Assembly: GCA_046563655.1 (NCBI GenBank)
Contig: CM102286.1
Span: 1,116,001 to 1,180,000, forward strand
DNA: 64,000 nt
Direction of reading: 5' to 3'
Source: Yuukianura sp. NJ FZ-2021
Lineage: Eukaryota
The position numbers were made by a program, and so were the translations under genes. Under the pieces are notes generated by a model. It saw nothing but the letters and a program-made list of their open reading frames with translations, searched no databases and was not told where the DNA came from. Below are positions 26,922-38,153 of this stretch, piece by piece (the first letter of the stretch is position 1; the number at the start of each line of letters is the position of its first letter).

Positions 26922-28519
26922 ATGCGTTTGTCTCTGAATTTACAAATTATGGTTTTCAGTATTTTAATTTTTGCGAAAACCGGGGTTGGACGTGAAAATT
27001 TTTTTGGTAGAACTTTGTTTAACAATTTTTTGAAAAGTGCGTTTCCATCTCTTTTTCCTTCTGGAAATTCTGGAGCAGAGTACGATCCAGTAGACGATTT
27101 CAGGAGATCTACAAACAGTATACTAAGATCATCGGGATACTGGAAACTGAAAAATGGAGATGAAAAGTCGAATCTTGGTCCCGTCACAGGGCCAGTCAAT
27201 GTCCGACGACCATCACTGGAGTCTGTCATGTACTACTGGAACTACTCACTTGTAGTCACATGTGAATCTAGTCTGGAGAGATGGGACTGTCCATATTGCA
27301 AAGTCCTGGGTGGGCACATTCAGATTTTTAAAATTCACCACAACTTAAAACATCACACGAAGTGGATGGTCACAGTTGACTCCCGAAGGCAAGAAATTGT
27401 GTTCACCTTTCGACCTACCTACAATGTTGCCACAATGCTTCAGGATTTAGACATCGGGCTGATTAAACTCAATGGCACGAAATTTGCTATTCACAGCGGG
27501 TTTCTGCAAATGGTCAACGCAGATTGGGCGGACATTGTAAAAAGCCTAAGGCAAACGGTCGAGTTGTACCCAACTTACAAACTCATCATCACAGGTAATA
27601 AAGTTAACTAAAGAAGCGTAATTTGGCAACAGCGCGAAACTTGATCTTCGATTTTTACCTTCAAAGTTTAAAACCTTGACCTTTCAATGTGACCTATAAA
27701 ATTGTTAACCAAAATCATGGTTAAAAGTGGCAACAGCGCTAATCTTAACAGTTCTATTTTTGCCTTTAGAACAGTTAATCCAAGTTAAATTTATATTTGG
27801 CAACAGCGCTAAGTTTGAACTTTTTACTTTTGCTTTGACCTTTAACCATTTACTTAACTCAAGGCTTGACAACAGCACATCTTTACAGTTGACTTTGAAT
27901 TTTAGGCCATAGTCTGGCAGGTCTGGCAATGTCAGCCATCGCCACATTTTACTTAAAGTACAACAACATTTTCCCGCATACGACCATTGAGTTGTACACT
28001 TATGGCCAACCACGAACTGGCAACAAGGCATTCGTCGACTACATGAATAGTCTGGACATCATTTCAGTCCGCGTCGTCAACCGAGGTGACCTTGCAGCCC
28101 GGTTTTTTCCCGCCTTTCTCGGCTACTATCACCATCACAACGAACTTTTTTTGAGTTATGACTCCAGTGGGAATCGAACTGCCCACTACTGCTCAACCGC
28201 AGTGTACGAAGATCCAGAATGTGGACAATCCCGGGGTCCACTCTACTCCATTTCGAGCATATTTTTGGCCTTTATCGACCATGAGACCTACTTTGACACA
28301 GACGCACTCAAGTGTGCTCAGAACAGCATTCTGGAATTTGGGTTACAATATATTTGGCCACTACGCCAGTACATTCCTAAGGAAATCCTGCACAGACTGC
28401 CGCCATTGGCAGTGGAGACCACATTGCTTCAGGATATTGCGTACTTAGTTGAGGGCGGCGGAATTCGAAACTTGTATCAAATCGCTGCTAAACAATCCCA
28501 ATCCAAAGTACTGCTATAG
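26922..28519 (+). CDS. Class 3 lipase (alpha/beta hydrolase), two exons
   Basis: WDCPYC; EIVFTFR; IHSGF; splicing 27594/27906 rebuilds the nucleophile motif ITGHSLAG; YTYGQPRTGNKAF; RVVNRGD; YYHH; DH catalytic His region. Confidence 0.92.
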
Positions 28520-29290
28520 TTAACAAGGAAAATGATAAAATAACAAAATGTAATGTGAAATCTTAAATGTTGCTTCCAAATTTTCTTAGTGTTCAGATCA
28601 ATGCAAATTTTTAAGAAGAGTGTTAGGAAGAATAATTTGTTTTTAAAAAAAAATCAACTTTTACAGTTTCATGTTTAAGAAAAAAGAAATTTTGCCAAAT
28701 AAAGAGGAAAAAAAACTTGCCAAAATTTTATCTCAAAAAAAGCATTAAAGGTTAAAATTGAGTTAAAGTTCTAAAATATTAAAATTTTAAATTTTAATTA
28801 AAACTTGAATTATATTTTAAACCAACCAATTAGTTGTGTTTAAAACATTAAAAAGCAAAAAAATAAATCATTTAGGTCACTGTTTCACGTGAATGGTAAA
28901 TGTTTTGAAAGATATGAATCTCAACAGGTTCTAGGTCAAGGGCTCTTTTTGTTCAAAAGTGACGTTCAAGGGAAACGTGTTTCCCAAAATTTCGAAAGAT
29001 CACGAAGGGACCCTTAAGCTGGATTTGTTCTAGTTTTTGAAAATAAACCGACCTTGAACTTGTAGCAAAGGGATCTTAAGTGAGGTTCCAAAACAAGTTC
29101 AGTGTCATTTCGATCCCAGAGTCGAAAACACTTACTCAACAGAAGTGCAAATTTTGGGGCATTGTGAAAGTAAGTTGATACATAGAAAAAAACTTTTTAA
29201 CATAAAATTTTAAAATACAATTCAAAATTCTGTAAAGTCGATATCATTTGCAAGCTTAGATTTGTAACAAAGAAGGAAGGAAGCGGAGGG

Positions 29291-32200
29291 ATGGAGAAAT
29301 CTGTGGCTACTGTTCTTACCGAAAAAATATTTGGCAACGGCATCTCATTGACGGTAGAGACATAAACTATGAAATTATATATATTATATTAATTAATTAA
29401 TTTAAATAATAAATTTTTGCAAATTTGAATTAATTAATTTGAATTTGAAAAACTAGAATGGGAAGCACAAAGAAACTACGAACGGAGTCGAACATCATCC
29501 ACAAAAAAATGGAGTCACAAACGGACATCACAAAATTTCGAAAAGTGGGCTAAATGGCGTTGAAAATTTGAAGAAAAAAACTGTAGAGAATTCAAAAAAT
29601 TTGGAAAATTTGGACGGCGCAATCGCAATAGTCGGCATGAGTTGTAGATTTCCTGGAGCAAACGATTCAGAAGAATTTTGGGATTTGTTGATCAACGGTC
29701 GAAATCCGATTGGTCCATTTCCAGCCAATCGACCACCTCCGTTGAACGATGACCAGAAAAACTTTGAAGCGGGATTTTTGAAATGTGCTGTAGATGAATT
29801 TGATGCTAAATTTTTTGGAATGAGTCCCCGCGAAGCTCCATTTGTGGACCCCCAGCAACGGATTTTGCTTGAAGTAGTTTGGGAAAGCTTGGAAAACGCT
29901 GCGATGAATCCAGAAGAGTTGCGTGGGAGTGACACGGGCGTTTTTGTTGGAATTTGGAACGATGAGTACAAAAGCTGGTTTCCCGAATTGGGCTTGGATG
30001 CTGGAGATCATCATCGGATTTACTTGGGAAATGCTTTCAGTGCAACTGCAGGACGCATTTCACACTTCCTTGGACTTCATGGACCAAACTATTGTTCAGA
30101 GTGAGTCAAAATTTCAAAAAACGTAAAAAATCAAATTCTAAAATTTTTCTCCTTTCAACTTTTTTTTAGAAGTGGCTGTTCCAGTAGTGCCGGAGCTCTG
30201 CATCTTGCTTGCCAGGCGCTGCGCAATGGAGACTCAAAAATTGCAATTGCTGCCGGTGTGAATTTGGTTTTGCGATGCATCAATCCGATTGGTGGAGGAA
30301 AACTTCTGGAAGGACCAGTGTTTGCACAGGACTTCAAATGCAAATCTTTTGATGAGAGGTACTATGAACAAAAACAAAATTTGAAAAACTTTTCCAATTT
30401 TTTTTAAATCAGTTTTTAGTGTAGATTAATTACATTTATCTCATTACAGAGCTGATGGATATGTGAGAGCAGAAGGATGTGGATCGGTGGTGCTTCGTCC
30501 ACTAGCTGACGCGATTAAAGCAGGCGACAATATTCACGGCGTCATTCGCGGAATTGCACTAAATCACAATGGCTCGTCCAGTTTTGGAAGTCCAAATGCC
30601 ATTGCAATGGAAATGGCTGCACGGGAAGCTTTGAGAGAAGCAAAAGTAGAACCACGTGACATAAGCTTTGTAGAAGCACATGGGACAGGAACTGCCGTAG
30701 GAGGTACGGTAGACTTTCTAATTTATGAATTGGGCAAAATACAAAACAAATGGCAATTGCACAAACGGGAGTTAGAAAATTTCCTTACTCTGAGGTTTTA
30801 TTGTCATTGCAAAACCCACCGAATAGGCAAATTTTGCAATGACAATAGCACATGGCAAGGAAATCTTCTAACCTCCCGTTTCTGCAATTGCCATTTGTTT
30901 TGCATTTTGCACATTTCATAAGTTGGAGGCTTCATTGTAATGAAATGACAAATTTTTAGTTAACTTCAGTTTAATTAATTAACTTAAACTAGTTTATACT
31001 AACGTAACCTAAATTATGTTTCAGATCCTGCGGAAATCGATGCATTTGAAAAAGTATATTCAGCTGACCGGCGGGAAACGCTGTTCGTGTCTTCGGTTAA
31101 GACGAACATGGGACACTCAGAGTCATGCGCCGGATTGGCGGGGCTAATCAAAGTCCTTCTTTGTTTCAAACACAAACAAGTTCCACCACACCTTCATTTT
31201 CAAAATTTAAACCCGCGAATCAATCTTGACAAAATTCCGGCATGTATTCCCCTCAAACCGACCGCATGGGCACAAGAAAACCGGATTGCCGCAATCAATT
31301 CCTGTGGCATGAGCGGCACCAACGTTCACATGATTGTTCAAGAACCACCGCCAATCAAAACTTTGAAAAAGCACCACATTGCAAAACTACCACAAATGAT
31401 TGGCATTTCTGCAAAATCTGAAGAAGCTTTGGACGCTCTTTGTGCAAAATATGTTTCTCATTTTGAGCAAGATCCGAAACTAAGTTTGAGCGACATCGCT
31501 TTTACACTTAACACCGGAAGAGCAAACTTATCGCATCGAATTGGCCTTGTTGCAAAAGATACGCAAGACTTTATGATAAAACTGACGCAGAAGATGTACG
31601 TCAAAGGCAAAAATTCGACGCAGAAGCCAAAAGTGATTTTTCTGTTCACGGGTCAAGGGTCACAGTACTTTCGAATGGCTAAAAACGTGTACGAAAATTC
31701 GACAATTTTCAAATTGGCGCTGGATCAATGTGAAACACTTTTCAAAAAACATGTGACCATTTCGCTCAAAAAAGTTTTGTGGGAAGATGCTGCCTTGCTG
31801 GACAAAACCGAGTACTGCCAACCTGCAATTTTTTCAGTCCAGTATGCACTCGTTCAACTTTGGAATTCTTTTGGCATTGTTCCTGACATGGTCCTTGGTC
31901 ACAGCGTTGGTGAGTTCTGCGCATCGGTCTGCGCAGGAGTAATGTCACTGGAAGATGGAATGAAGTTAGTTGTCGCCAGAAGCAGACTTGTGAATTCTTT
32001 GGATGGCGGGAAAATGCTGGTTTTGAAAACGTCGCCAGAAAATTTGAAAAATTTGCTTCAGGAGTTCGGTGAATCTGATTTGCATTTTTGTCTGGATGTT
32101 GCCGCCGAAAATTCGGATGAAGAAGTTGTCGTTTCTGGCAGTTTTGAAAATGTTCAAAAATTTGGAAATTTTTGTGAATCAAAAGGACTTAAAACCAAGA

Positions 32201-35200
32201 TGTTAAAAGCTTCTCACGCTTTTCACTCAAGACAAATGGATCCAATCGCACGAGAATTTGGACAAGTTGCTTCAAAAATTAAACCACAAAGTTTCAAATG
32301 TCGATACATCTCTGGTACTTTAGCACGGGAAATCAAATTTAGTGATGAACTTGATGCTAAATATTGGGTGCGTCATTTGCGTGATACCGTGAGATTCCGT
32401 GACGCCAGTATCAAAATTGGACAAATTTTGGAAGAATCTAAAATTTTTGTTGAAATTGGCAGTCAACCGATCCTGTCTGCCCTGACCATGGCCAACATTC
32501 CCAATTGTGCAAAAGACACATTTTGTGCTTCACTGCGCAGAAGTGAAGACGACTTGTCGTCAATTTTGAATTCACTGTCCAAAATGTTCGTAGCTGGAAT
32601 GCAAATTTCATGGAAAAAATGGTTTGGACAAAATTTGGCCAACAAAAAACTAATTCTACCGACGTATCCGTTTCAACGCCAAAAATTTTGGTTTCAGCGT
32701 GAAGATTTTTACGCCGCCGAATCGTCGCATCATCTTGAAATTCATCCGACGCTTGGTCGTTCCCTACCAACGCCATTTTCAGAACATGTTTTTACCCAAA
32801 TTTTGTCAACTCGAAATTTAAAATTTGTTGCAGATCATCGCGTTGCAGAAAAGATAATTTTTCCTGGAACGGCTTACTTGGAAACCATCATGGCCGCGGG
32901 GTGTCACGTTCTCCAAGCCGGGAAAATCCAAGTTCCAGTTTCAATCCAAAATTTTGCAATTGATGCTCCACTGGAACTGGAAAAATCTTGCCAAATTCAA
33001 ACCATTGTGAAACCAATCGGAACAGATGAGGTAAAATTTGAAATTGCAATTCACAAGCAGTCACGTGAAGATACACAGAAGTGGAAAAGACATGCAACTG
33101 CTGCGTTTGTGCCAAGTCACATGCGTCACATGCAAGTTTCTCACAGTGCCCCAATTGATGTAGAAGAAATCAAGAAAAATTCAAAGTTTGTGGAATGCAC
33201 TACGAAAGCTTACGATGCCCTGGGAAAATCTGGATTCCAATTTGGCCCCAAATGCAGATCGATTTGTCGTGCCTGGTTTACAGAAAATGGACTTTTGGCT
33301 GAAATCAAAATGCCGAAAGATTCAAATTTGTTCATTTGTCATCCGGTTGTATTGAACGCAATGGTGGAAACTTTTGTGTTGCATCCAGCACTGGATCTTA
33401 CGGAAGACGTTTTGCTTCCACTTGAATTTGCAGTTGGAATCAGAAAATTTATGCTGCACTCTCAAAATTTTACATCTGAAGTTTATGCATACGGAGCGTG
33501 GGAAAATCGGAATGTGAACGTCACTTTACTGAATTCAAAAAATGAAATTTTGGCAACAATGGAAGGAGTTGAATACATCCAGTCCTGTGCTTCCAAATTT
33601 TTGAGTTCACTGAATCAAGAAAACAGAGATGAACTACCTCTACTCTATGAAACTTGGCGTCCGACCAATCACAGTTCGCCTGGCACGGATTCGACCAATC
33701 ACAGCACGTCTTGCAAAGAACCGACCAATCAGCAACTGACTTCGTCTGTTATGACTTGCGCAAATCCATCCAGGTCTACTTTGCTTGTGCTTGGAGACGA
33801 TTCTCAATTGGAATCAAACCTAACTTCAAAATTGTTATGGCGTGGACGCAATGTCATCAAAGATTATGCGCATGATCAGTCCAGAAATTTAGAAGGAGTA
33901 ATTTTTATGTCGACCGTGATCCCTTCAAGCTTGGATGAAAATCAAGAAAAATGTAAACAATTTGTCAAACTTTGTCAAAAGTTGATTTTGACTTACGAAA
34001 ATGAAAATTCAAAACCAACAATAGTTTTGGTGACACGCGGAGTTCAGTACTTGGAAGACGAAGGACCGGGAAACCCAAACGCAGCTACAATTTCAACTTT
34101 TGTGAGATCTTTTGCCAACGAACACAAAGATTTCAAAGTCAAAGTCATTGACCTTGACCAGAGCGAGGTCAACTTCGATTCGGAAGCAGAAGCAGCATTG
34201 AAAATAATTTGGTCAGAAGACAGCGAAATGTTTACGGCAGTTCGACAAAATCAAATTTTTGTTCAGCGATTGACATTTGCTGAAAAAATGAAACAGCCAC
34301 TTCCGTTTCCAAATTCAAACCGATTTCAAGTACTGACACCAACAACAAAAAATTTGAACGATTTGGAAATTTCTGTGGCGCCAAAAGTGGATCCAATTGA
34401 AGATGAAGTTGAAGTGGCTGTGAAAGCAACTGGAATAAATTCCGAAGATTTGTTTTTTATCCAATCCGAATTTTCGGATTCAACCAATCACGAACCAGGT
34501 TTGGAAGTGGCAGGAATCGTTTCAGATGTAGGACCAACCTGTACAAAATTTAAAATTGGTGACGCCGTTTTTGGAATTGTTGAGGGAAGCGGATTGGCAT
34601 CGCATGTTACAGTATCGTCAAAATTTTTGATGCGAAAACCAGATCACATGACTTTCACTTCGGCTGCTTCAGCTCCAGTTGCCTTTCTAACATCTTTTTA
34701 TGGACTCCAAGAACTTGCAAATTTGAAACCCGGAGAGCAAGTTTTGATTCACAAAGCAGTTGGAGGAGTTGGTCTCGCAGCGATTCAAATTGCAAAAAAT
34801 GTTGGAGCTGAAATTTTTGCAACAGCGGGAAGTCGAAGGAAACGAGCCTATTTGAGATCAATTGGAATCAAACATGTTTACCACTCCAGAAATACGGATT
34901 TTGGAAACGAAATTTTGAAAGACACAAATGGAGCAGGAGTGGACGTCATTTTGAATTCCCTGACTGGACCACATTTTAAAGAAGCTTCACTCAAAGCCTG
35001 TGCTCAAAATGGCAGATTTGTGGAAATTGGGAAAATGAATATTTGGACGGAAGAGGAAGTGAGGAGCATGCGTCCAGACGTTAAGTATTTTGTGGTGGAA
35101 CTTGCTGAAACTTCTCGCAACGAACCAGAAAAATTGAACGAATTGGCGGGAACTGTTGAAGCTGAATTTGAAAAAGGGTCGTACCAGGGGCTTCCACATG

Positions 35201-36520
35201 AAGCTTTTCCTCTGGACATGATCAGAGAAGCTTTCTTTTACTTTCAAGAAGCAAAACACATTGGGAAAATTGTCATCAACATTCCAGAGGCCAAAGTTTC
35301 ACCAGCAGGAAAAATTGAATTTAAAAATAATCTTTTCCATTCACAAAGTACGTACTTGATCACTGGGGGGTTGGGTGGACTTGGGCTTCAAGTGGCCAAG
35401 TGGATGAGTCAATCAGGGGCCAGGAATCTAGTTTTACTGGGACGCAGCAAACCTTCAACCGAAGTTCAAGAAATTTTGAATGTCATGGCTGCCAGTGGAT
35501 GTCGAACGGTAGCTCTGCAAGGAAATGTTGCAATTTACGAAGAAATGGAAACGTGTTTAAAATCTTTGGAAACTTTAAATTTCCCGCCACTTCGTGGAAT
35601 TATGCATGCGGCGGGAGTACTAGCAAGTGGAGTTGTGCAAAATTTGACATGGGAAAAATTTGAAACTGTTTTTCGGCCTAAAGTTCAAGGGACTCTGAAT
35701 TTGCACAAATTGACCCTAGGTTGTGACCTCGAATTTTTTTTGATGTTTTCAAGCATTGCTGCTATTTTTGGCAGTCCAGGAATTGCCAACTATTCAGCGG
35801 CCAACGGATTTTTAGATTCATTCATGAACTACCGACATGCAATGGGGCTTCCAGCCACGAGTATAAATTTTGGACCTTGGGCAGAGGTACGATTCAAAAT
35901 TTTCAAAAAACTCAGATAAAACGCAAATCCAAAAAAAAATTCAATTTTTAACATTTTTTTTTTTTGCAAATTTTGTGTAGGCTGGAATGGCTGTCACTGA
36001 TTTCAAAGACGGAGATTCTGGAATTTTCCATTTTCCACCCGCTCAAGGCATCTCTGCAATAGAAAACATTCTTCGAACCGGAATTAAGCGGTCGACGGTT
36101 TTGAAAGTATCGGATTGGAGTACCGTGAAACACAACTTCCGACTCGGTAACTACTTGGACGAGATTCAATCAACTACCAAAGTCGAACCTTTGAACAGCG
36201 ATTGGCACGTTTCTGTTTTGGAAGAAATCCAAACTTGTTCTACATTGGCAGAAAAACAGACCAAAATCCAAAATTTTTTGATGAAAACTTTGAAAGAGAC
36301 GCTTCGAGTGGCAGAAAAGGAACAATTAGATCCAGATCAAAATATTTTTGAACTTGGAGTTGACTCGCTCATTGCCATCGAGTTGCGCAACCGCCTTCAA
36401 GCAACTTTTCAAAAAATGCAACTAACAGTAAGTGCTTTGCAATACTCAAGCGTCCAGCGTCTTGCTGCTTACTTAGTTGGTTTGATGCAACTCGAAAAAC
36501 AAAATCAAGGTCAACCGTAA
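29291..36520 (+). CDS. Type I reducing polyketide synthase A: KS-AT-DH(variant)-ER-KR-ACP, no cMT and no release domain
   Basis: Exons 29291-29353, 29457-30100, 30170-30358, 30450-30703, 31025-35886, 35981-36520. KS: ESGCSSS, EAHGTGT, KTNMGHSE. AT: GHSVG and HAFHS. DH: HRVAEKIIFP. ER: GGVGLAA. KR: TGGLGGLG and NYSAAN. ACP: GVDSL. Start codon less certain. Confidence 0.95.
30711..30932. mobile_element. MITE-like fold-back element in a PKS-A intron
   Basis: ~100-bp imperfect inverted arms (gcaaaatacaaaacaaatggcaattgca...attgtcattgcaaaa / ttttgcaatgacaat...tgcaattgccatttgttttgcattttgc) around a ~17-bp spacer. Confidence 0.8.
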
Positions 36521-37098
36521 TGGTTTTCTTGACAAACTTTGTTCATAATCTTAGTGTTTTAAGTTTTGAAAAAACGGGTTTACTGTTAAATAAAAAAAAC
36601 TAACAAAAATAAAATTCCCAGTTTAATTGTCTTTTTCTAAATCCGGTTCCTTTAAATGAGGATGTCAAATTTCTACTGCGTTGTTTTCAACAATTTAATT
36701 CAGGTTCTTTTAGGTTAGTAAAATTGGTGCACTTTGTTACTGAGAACATAAGTTCCTTTAGTCTTTTAAAACCAAAATTAACGTTGACGTCAATTCGCTT
36801 AAAAACTCTCATTTTTCTAAGAAATTTCAAAAAAATACTAAAAAAAAATTGATCACTATAATAATTCTTGGAATTTTGTTAGTTCCCACGCTACGTGGGA
36901 AGTGTTTTACGTTCGCGTGACAAACTATTTGGATTCATTTTTTCAAAACACCCACTCATAATTCTGGAAAAAGCATGTTACTGCAAAAACGTTACTCCCA
37001 CTAAAAAATTTCCAACACGAATCCAGGTCAAACGATGGAAAAGTTACCCAATTTCGTATTTGCTTAAAATTTTTGAATTTCCAGAAAGAAACTCACGA

Positions 37099-37460
37099 TT
37101 TTATTAAGTAGCGAAAGCTACTTTATGCATCCAAACTGTCTGTCTGTCTGTCTGACCGGCCATTCCTGCAAATTATCTTTAAAGCAGCTCAACATTTCCA
37201 GGATCCGTTTTCATCTATAGATACCTTGTTACCTGTTGAATAGTCACAATCCCTTGAGCCAACATCAAAGGTCAAGGTCAACCGCTTTTATCTCCGGTAG
37301 CATAGAAAATGACCTCTAGAAGAGTTGTTCATCCCTTCGAAGTCAAGAAATTTCCTGTATTCACAAAAATTGTTAACTTTTCTGTATGTCATATCATAAC
37401 TCACCGCGGTTCGTGATTGAAGCGTCATCTTTCGCTACTCCGGGTTACAACCGGGTTTTT
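37099..37460 (+). mobile_element. DINE-1/HINE-like non-autonomous Helentron-type element
   Basis: 11-bp subterminal inverted repeat (agtagcgaaag 37107-37117 / ctttcgctact 37429-37439), (GTCT)n microsatellite ~37136-37155, short imperfect 3' hairpin, T-runs at both ends. Confidence 0.7.
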
Positions 37461-38153
37461 ACAACTGAGATGCCGAACATTTATGATTTTGTTCTGCTAA
37501 AATTTATCGAACTTCGAACAGGTTTTGTGATGAAGGTGAGTTTCTTTTTTCAAAGAAACCCCAAATTTGTCAAATGTAAACAACTCCAATATTTGGTTTT
37601 GGCAAAACGGTTTTGTACAGAAAAATGATATCAAGTACGTGAGAAAATTAACTTGAACGCATAATTTTAAAAGTATTTTTAAGTTTCAGGAAACACAAGT
37701 TGTGTAACTACTGCTCACAATTTGAAAAAATGCTTTTAGTTAGTTGTTTGAACAAAAAGTGGTTTATTATCTCACAAAGTCGAATTCAGATGAGACCCAA
37801 TATTTATTATAATTGGAACACGATTAATTAACTTTTACCACTGGAAAACTCCTAACAAGGAATTAAAAACCTAGAAAAAAGTTGGATGTTTAAATTGCTA
37901 CTTGCCTTGGGTTGACAACTTTTCATTTCCACGATTGCTACCAAACTCGTCCAGTATATTTTGAGAAACAAGGAAGAAGCTAGCTTTAGTTTAATTCCGT
38001 CAGTTCACCAATCAACTTCAAACTTCAATATTTCAAAAACTAACTTCAAAAACAAACAGCAATTAAGAAAAAGTACTTTTACAGGGTGTGAAGACAGTCC
38101 AATTGTGATTAACTCGCACTTTCTACTGCAACCTTGTTTTTGGAACAACGGAA

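Noticed and set aside
27620..27885. CRISPR-like array (ggcaacagcgc recurring at ~70-100 bp spacing)
   Set aside because: Only a short, degenerate motif in a eukaryotic intron, with no cas genes; likely a decayed repeat.
28860..29290. GT8 remnant or upstream coding exon for PKS-A
   Set aside because: The exon ending near 29169 has a stop in the needed frame and shows no glycogenin-like sequence; probably 5' UTR.
34987..35259. Duplicated antisense 90-aa ORFs (also 47448-47720)
   Set aside because: Shadow ORFs of the near-identical PKS tract, not independent genes.
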